From the NCBI RefSeq assembly GCF_963921235.1, contig NC_086099.1:104036001-104100000 (forward strand): DNA of 64,000 nt, written 5' to 3'. The position numbers were made by a program, and so were the translations under genes. The notes under the pieces were generated by a model, which saw only the letters and a program-made list of their open reading frames with translations, did not search any database and was not told where the DNA came from. The stretch's first letter is position 1; every line of letters begins with the position of its first letter. The DNA is from Mobula hypostoma. Lineage: Eukaryota. Shown piece by piece: positions 25,201 through 38,439 of the stretch.

Positions 25201-25930
25201 GCAATGATAAACACACATGCACACAGAATTAAGATAACAGGATCAATGAAGCGCTATCGTTGTCTAGGGGTAGATGACCAGTTTCAAAATGACGCAAAGT
25301 TCAGTTCGATTTAGTTCAGTTCAGTTCGCAGTAATCGCTGCCGTGGCGATGGACAGTGGGGGGGAAGGAGAGAGAGAGCAAAACGAATGAATATTCAAGG
25401 CTTCCACACACAGACCTTCGCAGTCAGCTTTCGGGCGAGTCCTTTGTGATGTCATCTGAGGTCACCCACTGTGACCCCTCCGTTTCCAGATACGATCGTT
25501 TCCCTGTGCTGAACCTGGCACCCAGGCAAGGGTGGGCACACACCAGGTTCCCGCCGATCGTGCCTTTCCACCCAGTGCGTTTATGGCCCGGTACTTCCCA
25601 CCGACTTGTGAGAAACGCACCGCTTCCAGGGTCTTGTTACCTCGAGAGTTGTGTGTGTGTCGCCTTAGCGAACCTGTCCCTTTTTATCCCCGTGCTGGGG
25701 TATCGCCTGTCCATCACTTCAAACAGTTCGGGGTTCAAAGGGTGAGCCGCTCTTGACAGCTCTCTCCTTCTGTTACTCTCTCTCCCGTCCCTTCATTACA
25801 CATCTCCAAATGCTGCTTCATTGTTTTCCTTATCTCTCTCTCTCCTGAAGACAGGTGGCAGACCAACTGCTGAATCCACTGGTGCCAGCCCAGGACAGCT
25901 GCATCTTAATCTATGTGTATTCTTGTCACA
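22226..25930 (-). mobile_element. Gmr1-like Gypsy LTR retrotransposon, internally deleted and lacking its 3' LTR; 5' LTR 25057-25930
   Basis: LTR TGTTACG...TGTCACA followed by CCAT; PBS at 25035-25052; gag-protease ORFs 24518-24958 and 22599-24575; RT remnant at about 22260-22520. Confidence 0.9.
22599..24958 (-). pseudogene. gag (SCAN-like capsid, CCHC knuckle) - protease - integrase N-terminal remnant; one frameshift in a (CT)n tract near 24580
   Basis: PEAYRQRF...LILIEQF (SCAN-like), CYNCGKVGHFASRC, RDTGA, LAHKVPPGGHF. Confidence 0.8.
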
Positions 25931-26089
25931 CCATGTTCACACTCAGTTTGGGGTTGATGGCTACTGGCAGTAGTTTAGGTAGGTAAGGACCTCCCATGTA
26001 CGGTTGAGCCTGAATAAAGAGACACTTTTGTATCTAGACCACATCAATACATCAATATTCCAGACCCTTGTGCCCAGGAACAATTCACG

Positions 26090-26345
26090 GACCATTCAGA
26101 AATCTGATGGCGGAGGGGAAGAAGGTGCTCTAAAACAATGAGAGTTTATCTTTAGGTTCCTATGCCTCCTCCCTGATTATAGTCAGAAGAAGAGGTCACG
26201 CCACTAATGTTGGACATCCTGAATGATAGACTCTGTATCCTGGACAAAACGTATTTAGAAGGTGTTCTCGATGGTGGGTCGGCAGATATCCGTGATGGCC
26301 CAGGCTGAAACAACGACCTCTGCAGACTCTTACAATCCGGTCTAT
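26090..26345 (-). mobile_element. Degenerate Rex1/Babar-like LINE fragment (also at about 41930-42185, 52430-52685, and part at 12110-12186)
   Basis: Resembles, from memory, a common ray repeat (cagaaatctgatggcggaggggaagaag...); weak translation LQRSLF...PSRISADPPS. Family not verified. Confidence 0.45.
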
Positions 26346-26516
26346 TGGTGTACACAGTCTAATTCATGTGAATTAGCAATTGAACATCAGCTAGCACATG
26401 GGCTTCACACAGCAAGTTCTTGATATAGTGCGAAGGGGGACAACTACAAAGTGAGTTCTTCAAAACTGGAATTAATGCTCACACGTAAGAGGGAAGATGT
26501 TCAAACACAATATGAT

Positions 26517-26708
26517 NNNNNNNNNNNNNNNNNNNNNNNNNNNNNNNNNNNNNNNNNNNNNNNNNNNNNNNNNNNNNNNNNNNNNNNNNNNNNNNNNNNN
26601 NNNNNNNNNNNNNNNNNNNNNNNNNNNNNNNNNNNNNNNNNNNNNNNNNNNNNNNNNNNNNNNNNNNNNNNNNNNNNNNNNNNNNNNNNNNNNNNNNNNN
26701 NNNNNNNN
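26517..26708. other. N run (192 nt) at the homologue of the TG microsatellite
   Basis: Flanks are the reverse complement of those around about 11825-11931. Confidence 0.9.
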
Positions 26709-26866
26709 TTTCCCGTTATCCACCCTCCTGTTAATGAGGCATTGAGTTTAAGGGACAGTTGGGATTAACAATTAGTGATAACCTGTGAATTAGCAAGAAG
26801 AAATGTAACATTTAATGGTCCATCCTGACACTTGAGCTATTCTTGATGCCAACTTCAGTTTTCTCA

Positions 26867-28715
26867 CATAGAACCATGAACATATAACAGTACACCACAA
26901 TACAAGCCATTTTGCTCATGATGTTGTGTCGACATTTTAACTTCCTCCAAAATCTCTCCAATGCTTTCCTCACACATTGTCTTCCATTTTTCTTCCATCC
27001 ACGTGCCTATCATTAACATCTTTAATATATCTGCCTTCAACACCACCCCGGCACCTCGTTTCATGCAGCCATCTATCTCTGTACAAAAAACGTAGCTCTG
27101 ACCTGCACCTATACTTTACTCTAATCACCTTAAAATTTAGTCCTCTCATATACATCATTTACTTCCTAGGAAAAGGACACTGAATGTTCACTCTGTTAAT
27201 GTCTCTCACCTTTGTTTACACTGCTGTAAAGTCAACTCTCGCCCTCCTACTTCCAAAGAGGAAAATCCAAGCTTGCTCAACCTTTCCTCATAATACATGA
27301 TGTCTGATCCAGCCCATCTCCTCTGCAACCTCTCTGAAGCTTCCCCGTCCTCACTACAATGAGGCAATCAGAAATGAGCACAATATTTTAAGTATGGTCT
27401 AATCAGAGTTGTCCAGAAATGCAAAATTATCTTGTAACTCTTCAACTCTGTTATTCAACTTCTGAAAGGCAAAACATCATGGCGTTCTCAAACACTTCAC
27501 CAATCTGCACATCATTTTTGAAGATATACATACATGGACCCCACAATCTCTTTGTTCCTCCACACTGCTACGAATTCTGCCATTAACCCTGTACCTGGCC
27601 TTCAAGTTTAAACTCACAAAGTGTATCACTTCACACTTTTCCAGATTAAACTCCATCTCCCACTAATACATCCTTCAGTTTCCCATTATAACCTACGACA
27701 ATCTACCACACTATCCACAACATCACCAACTCTTGCAACACCTAGAAAACTACTAAGCTGTCCAACTACTTACTCATCAAGTCATTTATAAATATCACAA
27801 AAAACAAGGCTCTCATAACAGATCACTGTGAAACACCTCTGGATACCAACCTGCAGGCAGAATATGCTCCATCTACTACCACCCTCTGCCTTCTGTGGGC
27901 AAGCCAATTCTGTATCCATGAGGGCAGTTCTCCGTGCATCCCATGCCTCCTGACTTTCCAAGTGAGCATGCTATTGCGAGCCTTCTCAAATACCTTACTA
28001 AAAGCCATATACACCACATCCATTGCTCTGTCTTAATCAAATTGTTTGGTCATTTCCTTCCAGAATTCAATCAGCCTTGTGGGACATGATCAGTCCTTTG
28101 AAAACTCACACTGACTATCCCTGATCAAGTCTATGCTTCTCCAAATGTAAATCCTGTCTCAATGACTTCTCTCCAATCATTTTCCCACCAATGGCATAAG
28201 ATTCACAGATCTATCATTCCAAGGTTTATCCAAATTACCTTACTTGAACAAAGAAATAATATTTGTCCACCTCCAATCTTCTGGTACTACTATTGTGAAC
28301 AGTAAGAATGCAAAGATCATCACTAAAGGTGCAGCAATCTCTTCTCTTGCTCTCTCAGTACCCGGGGTAAACCTCGTTCAGTCACAGGGAATTACCTATC
28401 CGAATGTTTCTCAAGAGTTCTACACATCCTCTTTCTTAATGTTGACATGTCGCAGCCTGTTCAATGATAACCTCACATTTGTGAAGCTCCCTCCCGTTGG
28501 TGAATAGTGAAACAAAGTACTCATTGAGGACCTCCCCTGATCCTTCAAATAAAAGTATGTTTCCACTTTTATCTCTGACGCTCATAACTCAAGCTAATCA
28601 TCCTCTGGTTCTTCACATACAGTACATGTAGAATGAACGGATGTTTTCCTTAATCTTACTCACCAAGGTCTTCTCATGTCCTTTTCTGGCTCTCCAAAAT
28701 CTAGTCTTAATCTCC
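26867..28715 (-). mobile_element. Old CR1 fragment (paralog of 8330-10171)
   Basis: Reverse-complement match; ORF 27823-28023 is an RT remnant. Confidence 0.85.
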
Positions 28716-30307
28716 TCCTGGCTGCTTTATAATTCTTCAAGCCCAAAATTTCAGTTTCTGGTCTGATGTTAATTGCACTGCAGATCCAGTTTGTCTGTGT
28801 TAAGTTACAATGACAGGTATGTCAGTTGCCCTGACAAAGAATCTTCTGTCTCAACGATTCAACAATTCCGTGACATTGTACTAATCTGTGCCCTTCATCT
28901 GTGCAGTTGACTAAATGTCACAACTATCTCAGTGTGTTTTAACCAAGATGAGTTCAGCGATTTCAATTTACCGGCATTTCAGGCGTTGTATGCAAATATT
29001 TAAAGAGTCATGAGGCAAACTTGAGCTCAGCTATATAGCACTATATACATTGTACATTGTGCTTATGATAATTATCCCTTGAAAGTATCACCCATTATCT
29101 TAATTCTCCGAATACAAAACATTAAATTTAAGCTGAAATTTTTGAAACCCGCTAAAATTCCCCACAGCCATTGTGCAGATTTGGCTGAGGACCCACTGCT
29201 CTTCATTCTTTAATTAGTTCATTTATTAAATGAAGAAACACAGGACCATATACTGAAGATTCAGAACAACTGACAACGAATTCTTTTTTAGAAATACAAT
29301 TTATTTTAATTTCTTAAATACATTTAAGGAATGCTCAACAAATTCATTCACATATAACAAAAATCCAGCTTTGATGGATAATAAACTGAATCCAGTCAGT
29401 AAAAGTTCCCTCACGACAAAATATTTCCATCCACATTTAAAGTTTATTCTTACTTAAAACTTCTATTTCATCCAGTGATTATCAGAGTATTAGCAGCACT
29501 ATCTTCTAAAATGTAGATATTTTAGAGAAAAATTACATCAGTGGAGAGTTTACTTCAACAGATTCTAGATAGATTCTAAAATCTGATGCTTCACAAAAAA
29601 ACACCGTATTTCCATGAAAATATCAACTGTCAAAAACTTGCAGTAAAAAGGCACAAGGTGATTTCAGACATTTTTACTGTTATTTCTATAGAAGAATGTT
29701 TTATTCAAATTAGAACACTTTTGGTCCGATGTACTGCCATCAGTATATCACCATTTCCGAAAGAATTTAAGCAGGAAAGGGGAAGGTAGGAGTGGGAATT
29801 GTTGTAAACAATCCCATGGATCCACCTGCTTTAATTTCAGGGATGGCAGAGAGCACAGTCCACCACCCATCACTGGCTTTTCTTGCGGACTGAGATCATT
29901 TAAACTCTGTAGTCATGGAGATTCATCCACCATCTTAGTTTAATACCACCATCATCTCCTAACCCGATAGCTAATATTATATTTTAGCACATGACTCCAG
30001 TCTCATTTACACTTTTTCACAAGGTCACATGTCCAGAATCTACTTTAATTACCAGAAATTGCACAAGAACCCTATGATTTTCACAAAATGTAACACAAAC
30101 ATCAGATGGTGTCCTCAAATGCAAACAGGTCGTGTGTCCAGGTAAAAAAAATGTCCTGTGACAGGGAGGAAGAGCAAGATCACTCTCTGAAGACAATGAA
30201 GAGGAGACACTGGATGGTGATATCACAGAGTCAACACCCAGGGCTGAGCTTCCATCTTTCCCCATCGGATAATCTGGAGATGGAATTCATTCGCTCATTT
30301 CGCTGCT

Positions 30308-32029
30308 TCAGTTTTTTGATTTGTGTTGTTTCCCACCTGTAAAATTATTGAATAATTTGTATCATTATCCACAGATTTTCAGTATGTAGTATCTCAAGCA
30401 ACAGCGTTAAATGAGTTTTCAAACTGACTTTCCACAAAAAGATGCCTTGGAAACTTGCTCGTACCTCATTGATATTGCAAAAGGTATAAACCAAACTGCA
30501 TCGTACTGTGTTCAAGTTCATTTCTAATTTCTCACAAAGTTACACCATGCAGGCATGTGATGTACCATTGCTGACTTCCCTGGCATCAACAGTTCATTAT
30601 CTACTGCATTGATCTGTGTTGAATCACTTCCTGGCACCCATTTATCATCCTATCATCTCTTTACAAGGAAAAAATCTAGAGCAGGACTTCCCACCTTTTA
30701 TTGTGCTATGGACTTCGTGTTGTGAACCCCTGTTCTAGAGAGTGAACACCATCATTAAGCAAGGGATCCATAGACCCCCATGCAGGGAACCCCTCTTCTA
30801 GAGAGTAAACACCGTCTGTAGCTCCAACACCAAGATGCTGGAGACCATCCAGGACAAAACATTCTGTGCAACTGGCACCCCAATAATTTATTCACCCAAC
30901 TGCCCCTATTCTATGGCTGCAAACAATGGTAAAAATCATTATTTAATATTTTATTCTAAACATCACTGGATAGACGATAAATCATTCTTCATTCATTAAT
31001 CTCAGCTGGAATTAAAAGGTGTGATAAACAGTTTCAGACATCAGTTCTGCAATTAATAGCTTTATGGTGACCCAATCTCTACTTCCTGGTCCCTACCACA
31101 GTTCCAAGGAACATTAATAATGTGAGAGGCTCAGCTCTGACAGCAAGCATGGCGAATGAGTTTGCTGTCATTCCAGGTTACGGCAGGAATGACAGTGAGG
31201 AGCAGACAGCTCCCTCCACTATGAAGGGCCAGAGTCACACAGCAAAAACAATTCTTTACATCTACGTTACTTAGCAGCTTAAGAGTAAAATTTTGACAAG
31301 CACCAAACACTGACCTTTCATGGCTGTTATGAGAGCCTGCAACCACCTGGCATCAGGATTCACACACACTTTCGTCTCATTTTTCAGGGTGACACTGCGA
31401 AAAGACAGTATCATTCAAAATTTAATTCACAGAAACAGTATGTCTTCTCTTGAGGTGCACAGTTTATGAAATAAACATCAGTAAAGGAATGAAGTTAAAG
31501 TTGATAATCTGGCTGCTTTACTCACATTATCTCTGCTCTCTTGCAGTGGGATCCACTGGGAATGTATTTCAAGCTCCTGATGGACGTCGGATGAATAATA
31601 TCAAAGCTGGTCTGAATGCAATGGCACCGTCCTTGTGCTCCTGGGATCGGAACACCTGAGGAAAGATTATATTCACTCAGATTTCATTGTTGCTTCAAGG
31701 AGAACAAAACCTGTAAAACTTGCTGATACTCCACCAGTGTTTTTGCTTCATCAAAGCATCACCAGACAGGAGCTTGCACATCTCACTATCAAATGTTGCA
31801 GGAAAGCTGCATGAATTAATCTTATATACATCTGATGCTGATGCAATTTACAGTTACAGATATTTAAATATTTCTCACTTTCATTCCTTTCTACATTGTA
31901 AACAATACAAGAACCACAAAATATATACATCACTTGATTAAAACTCCAGTTCAGATATCTCAACATACCCTGTGCAGCAATGGCACACAGAAGGAGGATG
32001 ACGATGGTCACAGTGGCTGTTCTGTCCAT
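30308..32029 (-). CDS. CXC chemokine copy 3; exons 32029-31969, 31655-31526, 31394-31315, 30336-30308; 99 aa
   Basis: Mature region VPIPGAQGRCHCIQTSFDIIHPTSIRSLKYIPSGSHCKRAEIIVTLKNETKVCVNPDARWLQALITAMKGGKQHKSKN*; splice sites intact. Confidence 0.93.
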
Positions 32030-32117
32030 CTTCCACTTTGTACAGCAGACGGATCTTCTGTTCAATGCAGCTGTTCTCTGCTGAATCAAGACACGCTGAA
32101 ACCATTCAGTGAGCTTC

Positions 32118-32233
32118 TATTTATTGGGACACTCTTCTCCAATTTGCATAATCTCATGCAGGGAACTCTGCCAAACACTGACGTCCTGAAGCAGGGGATT
32201 TCCTGCTCCCAGCTCAGATCTACTTTCACTTCT
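32118..32233 (-). promoter_or_regulatory. Proximal promoter of copy 3
   Basis: GGGGATTTCC at 32194-32203; octamer, IRF and TATA-like motifs conserved. Confidence 0.7.
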
Positions 32234-34084
32234 GTAGCTTTACATTTCAGCATGTGTGTGCTTCAGAGCTGTAATAGGATTATCTATCAATATAGCTGTT
32301 GATTCTGTTGGACTAATTTGAAGATTGATTTGTTTATTTTCAGGAAGAAATGAATAATTCACTTTTAGCAAAGTTAATGGTGCAAATGAACCAATTGTTT
32401 GCTTTCGAGCTTTCAAATTCCAGTTCTGGGCCTTATTCGCACAGGTTTGGAAGGTCTGCAGTTCAGGACAGCATGCTCACTACAAGATGGAGTTTATACC
32501 TGCGATTTCCGGGAAATTGCTCTCCCATTCAAAATCTTCATGTTGCAGCATGTCTCCCAGCTCTTTAATGTTGCAGGTTTGGAAAATACATAGATATTTC
32601 CAACATTTGATACAATCCACACTTTGTCTGAAGAATTGAGGATGTGTTTACTTATACCTTCAGGATATGCAGTCTTTGCTGTATAGAATAATGTCTAGTC
32701 CTTAAGTCATTCTATACCTGATGACAACTACATTACAATATTCTCAAAAGCAGACACAAAATACTGGAGGAACTCAGCAAGTCAGGCAGTTTTGTGCAGA
32801 TGTGAATATAGAATAGAGCCTGATCTCTGAAACATGATATATCCTACCATTGAATAAGCTTACTCAATTAAACGTTTAAACCTCAAGAATTATACTCAAT
32901 TATTCTCTGGAATTTATTTAACACTTCTCCAATGTCACTACCAGTCCCACATACAAGTGATAGGATATATTATGTATAGATAGTGGGTTTATATGCGAGC
33001 AAAAATATTTGTGTAGAGAATGGTGTGGGATAAGTTGGACAATATTGCAAGATCTGACCAGGTTATTATGTGCTGTAATAAGGCTTTTGCTGGAATATTT
33101 GCTGCAGCAACAACTGTTCATTGTGCTCGTTGTCCGAGAGTGACGAAACATCAGCTTCAGGGCTTTCTGGAGCTGGTTCAAGTTTTAGTTCCCAGATTTG
33201 TGAATTGTGGAGCCTGGAGCCGTGTTGACTCCTTCCCCTGGGGAAAGTACAAACATCAGTGAAATTCAGAACTGCAGCACAGATTGCAGCCAGTGTTTGT
33301 GAGGCCACGTGATTTCCAGGAAATCAGCTTGTTTTATGCTTCATGATGTTCTATACATTGAAGTCTACACTTGCTCCTGTTTGCTTATCATTTGAAATAT
33401 ATCACAACAAACAAAAAGACTATTCTCAGATCAGCCATGTTACAAGCACGTTGGAGTAAACAGAAGCAATCTGTTTTAAGTGTGTATAATATTTTTTACC
33501 GTTCTCCATTAACAAAGATAATGAGTTCCACGGGAGGTACAAGGCCAGGAGCCAACTTCTACTGCACTGGTAAAATGAATTGTTAATATATTAAATTCAC
33601 CCATAACAGTAGTTCATGAAAATCAACAAATTAATCAGCACGTCTAAAATTCAACACAGGGGCACGTGTTTTTTTTTCCAGAAAACCTGCACTTGATAAC
33701 CACGAGATTCCTGTACAACACTAGCAATATATTCAATGTCAGAAACTGCTTCCCTTTCTTTGGCTGTTGCATCCAATAATTTCCAAAGTTATGTTTTGAT
33801 GCAGCTCTTTCAATACCACCTAGCTACTTTGCCCAGGTTGCAGAGGTGGACCCAGTGTAATCAGTCTCCAAGTAGATTTAAACTGAACTATGTGAGGAAT
33901 ATAAAAGTGAATTGATTTTCTCAGCATTGGTGGCCAAAGCAGATTAAATTCTGATCCTGACTTTGCTTAACCGCACATACTGTAAAAAAGAGACAGTACA
34001 TATCCATCCTCAGTCCGTCAGATTTCACTGACACACTGACAGGTCCCGGTCTGTGTCAGGTGTGATAGGATTTGCGATGTTAAG

Positions 34085-36797
34085 TGCAAACTCCCATACT
34101 CCCATACTGTTCGGGGTCTAGATGGTTTAGAGTTTGTAAAATGTGTTCAGGAAAGTTTTCTAAATCAATATATTGAGGGACCAACTAGAGGGGATGCAAT
34201 ATTGGATCTCCTGTTAGGAAACGAGTTAGGACAAGTGACGGAAGTCTGTGTAGGGGAGCACTTTGGTTCTAGTGATCATAACACCATAAGATTCAATTTG
34301 ATCATGGACAAGGATAGATCTGGTCCTAGGGTTGAAGTTCTGAACTGGAAGAAGGCCAAATTTGAAGAAATGAGAAAGGATCTAAAAAGCGTGGATTGGG
34401 ACAGGTTGTTCTCTGGCAAAGATGTGATTGGTAGGTGGGAAGCCTTCAAAGGGGAAATTTTGAGAGTGCAGAGTTTGTATGTTCCTGTCAGGATTAAAGG
34501 CAAATTGAATAGGAATAAGGAACCTTGGTTCTCAAGGGATATTGCAACTCTGATAAAGAAGAAGAGGGAGTTGTATGAAATGTATAGGAAACAGGGAGTA
34601 AATCAGGTTCTTGAGGAGTATAAGAAGTGCAAGAAAATACTTAAGAAAGAAATCAGGAGGGCTAAAAGAAGACATGTGGTTGCCTTGGCAGTCAAAGTGA
34701 AGGATAATCCAAAGAGCTTTTACAAGTATATTAAGAGACAGGGAGTTATTAGGGAGAGTCAACATGGCTTTGTGCGTGGTAGGTCATGTTTGACCAATGT
34801 ATTGGAGGTTTTCGAGGAGGTTATCAGGAAAGTGGATGAAGGGAAGGCAGTGGATATTGTCTACATGGATTTCAGTAAGGCCTTTGACAAGGTCCCACAT
34901 GAGAGGTTAGTTAGGAAAATTCAGTCGCTAGGTTGCCTTGGCAGTCAAAGTGAAGGAATATCCAAAGAGCTTTTGCAGGTATATTAAGAGCAAAAGGATT
35001 GTAAGGGATAAAGTTGGTCCTCTTGAAGATCAGAGTGGTCGGCTATGTGCAGAACCAAAGGAAATGGGGGAGATCTTAAATAGGTTTTTTGCGTCTGTAC
35101 TTACTAAGGAAACTGGCATGAAGTCTATGGAATTGAGGGAAACAAGTAGTGAGATCATGGAAACTGTACAGATTGAAAAGGAGGAGGTGCTTGCTGTCTT
35201 GAGGAAAATTAAAGTGGATAAATCCCCGGGACCTGACAGAGTGTTCCCTCGGACCTTGAAGGAGACTAGTGTTGAAATTGCGGGGGCCCTGGCAGAAATA
35301 TTTAAAATGTTGCTGTCTACGGGTGAGGTGCCGGAGGATTGGAGAGTGGCTCATGTTGTTCCGTTGTTTGAAAAAGGATTGAAAAGTAATCCGGGAAGTT
35401 ATAGGCCGGTGAGTTTAACGTCGGTAGTAGGTAGGTTATTGGAGGGAATACTAAGAGACAGAATCTACAAGCATTTGGATAGACAGGGACTTATTAGGGA
35501 GAGTCAACATGGCTTTGTGCGTGGTAGATCATGTTTGACCAATGTATTGGAGGTTTTCGAGGAGGTTACCAGCAAAGTGGAGGAAGGGAAGGCAGTGGAT
35601 ATTGTCTACATAGATTTCAGTGAGGCCTTTGACAAGGTCCCACATGGGAGGTTAGTTAGGAAAATTCAGTCACTAAGTATACATGGAGAGGTGGTAAATT
35701 GGATTAGACGTTGGCTCAATGGAAGAAGCCAAAGAGTGGTGGTAGAGAATTGCTTCTCTGAGTGGAGGCCTGTGACTAGTGGTGTGCCACAGGGATCAGT
35801 GCTGGGTCCATTGTTATTTGCCATCTATATCAATGATCTGGATGATAATGTGGTAAATTGGATCAGCAAATTTGCTGATGATACAAAGATTGGAGGTGTA
35901 GTAGACAGTGAGGAAGGTTTTCAGAGCCTGCAGAGGGACTTGGACCAGCTGGAAAAATGGGCTGAAAAATGGCAGATGGGGTTTAATACAGACAAGTGTG
36001 AGGTATTGCACGTTGGAAGTTCAAACCGAGGTAGAACATACAGGGTTAATGGTAAGGCACTGAGGAGTGCAGTAGAACAGAAGGATCTGGGAATACAGAT
36101 ACAAAATTCCCTAAAAGTGGCGTCACAAGTAGATAGGGTCGTAAAGAGAGCTTTTGGTACATTGGCCTTTATTAATCAAAGTATTGAGTATAAGAGCTGG
36201 AATGTTATGATGAGGTTGTATAAGGCATTGGTGAGGCTGAATCTGGAGTATTGTGTTCTGTTTTGGTCACCATATTACAGGAAGGATATAAATAAGGTTG
36301 AAAGAGTGCAGAGAAGGTTTGCAAGGATGTTGCCAGGACTTGAGAAACTCAGTTACAGAGAAAGGTTAAATAGGTTAGGATTTTATTCCCTGGAGCGTAG
36401 AAGAATGAGGGGAGATTTGACAGAGGTATATAAAATTATGATGGGTATAGATAGAGTGAATGCAAGCAGGCTTTTTCCACTGAGGCAAGGGGAGAAAAAA
36501 ACCAGGTGACATGGGTTAAGGGTGAGGGGGGAAAAGTTTAAAGGGAACATTAGTGGGTGCTTCTTCATGCAGAGAGTGGTGGGAGTATGGAATGAGCTGC
36601 CAGACGAGGTGGTAAATGCGGGCTCTTTATTAACATTTAAGAATAAATTGGACAGATACATGGATGGGAGGTGTATGCAGGGATATGTTCCGTGTGCAGG
36701 TTAGTGGGACTAGGCAGAAAATGGTTTGGCACAGCGAAGAAGGGCCAAAAGGCCTGTTTCTGTGCTGTAGTTTCTATGGTTTCTATGGTTTCCTATG
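34085..36797 (+). mobile_element. Young CR1 LINE (unit 3) with an internal rearrangement
   Basis: ORFs 34202-34987 and 34938-36509; (TTCTATGG)n tail. Confidence 0.95.
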
Positions 36798-38439
36798 GTT
36801 AGAGTTTCTAAATGTTCGACTTCATTCAGAAAATTATTCTTTCAGGTTCCCACTCCGGATACCATTGCTACGTACCCCGTAACTGGGTTGCCAAACCAGC
36901 AGAAATGGATCACTCAGTTGGAGTCTGGATTACTAGAACTAAGAAAGTTTTATTGAAGAAACAAGCAACACAGTACTCTAATCAAACAGATAATAAATGC
37001 AACAGTTCAGCAATGATAAACACACATGCACACAGAATTAAGATAACAGGATAAATCAAGCTCTATCGTTGTCTAGCGGTAAATGACCAGTTTCAAAATG
37101 ACGCAAAGTTCAGTTCAATTTAGTTCAGTTCAGTTCGCAGTAATCGCTGCCGTGGCGATGGACAGTGGGGGGAAGGAGAGAGAGAGCAAAACGAATGAAT
37201 ATTCAACACAGCTTCCAGACAGACCTTCGCAGTCAGCTTTCGGGAGAGTCCTTCATGATGTCATCTGAGGTCACCGACCGTGACCCCTCCGTTTCCAGAT
37301 ACGATCGTTTCCCTGCGCTGAACCTGGCACCCTGGCCAGGGTGGACACACACCAGGTTCCCGCTGATCGTGCCTTTCCACCCTGTGCGTTTATGTCCTGG
37401 TACTTCCCACCAACTTGTGAGAGACGCACCGCTTCCAGGGTCTTGTTACCTCGGGAGTCGTGTGTGTGTCGCCTTAGCGAACCTTTCCCTTTTTATCCCC
37501 CTGCTGGGGTATCGCCTGTCCATCACTTCAAACAGTTCGGGGTTCAAAGGGTGAGCCGCTCTTGACAGCTCTCTCCTTCTGCTACTCTCTCTCCCGTCCC
37601 TTCATTACACATCTCCAAATGCTGCTCCATTGTTTTCCTTATCTCTCTCTCTCCTGAAGACAGGTGGCAGACCAACTGCTGAATCCCACTGGTGCCAGCA
37701 CAGGACAGCTAACATCTTAATCTATGTGTACTCTTGTCAAACTTTCCCCCCTTTAAGGATTTTTACCAGAGGGTAAAAATGACAAAGATGAATACATTAT
37801 TTGATACACACACAAATATACATCTTTATCAACTATTTGGCTAATACAGCGAGTTTGAAGTTGTCAACACCTGACAGACAGTCAGCCATCACATTTTCTG
37901 TTCCTTTTATATGTGTTATTAATAATCCCTTAGACCAGGCTCCAACTTAGCAAACTTCATAGTGGCCAAAAACACTGATAAATTGCGATCAATGTAACCT
38001 CTCATTTGGTTTTTCCCGGACCACAATAGCAAGGGTCGTCCCATTCCGACTTAGTTTTCTCTCGCAAGGGCTTAGTAGGAGAGGGAGGGGTAGTAGCCGC
38101 AACCCCATCATCTCCAAGAGCCTTCTGAGGGCCCTCTTGTCTGTCGGGGTTGGGAGGTCAGCGATAGCCTGCACTGTGGCTTGCATCGCCGCCAGCTGCC
38201 CCTGTGTCACCACAATTCCTAGATAAGTGACCCTCGTGTGGCCGAATTCATTTTTTTCAAGGTTCACTATCAAGCTGGCTTCAGACCGCCGTATTACATT
38301 GCCAATACACACCTCTGTGTTCGTCAGCCCTTTAGTCACTGAATTACTCATTCTATATGGATGTTGTTCACTATGCAGACACCACCCAACGTCCCAGTTC
38401 TTTGCATCGCTTCGGGACAATCAAACACACGTGTGCGAG

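Noticed and set aside
26451-26768. ORFs spanning N runs
   Set aside because: Artefacts of translating N.
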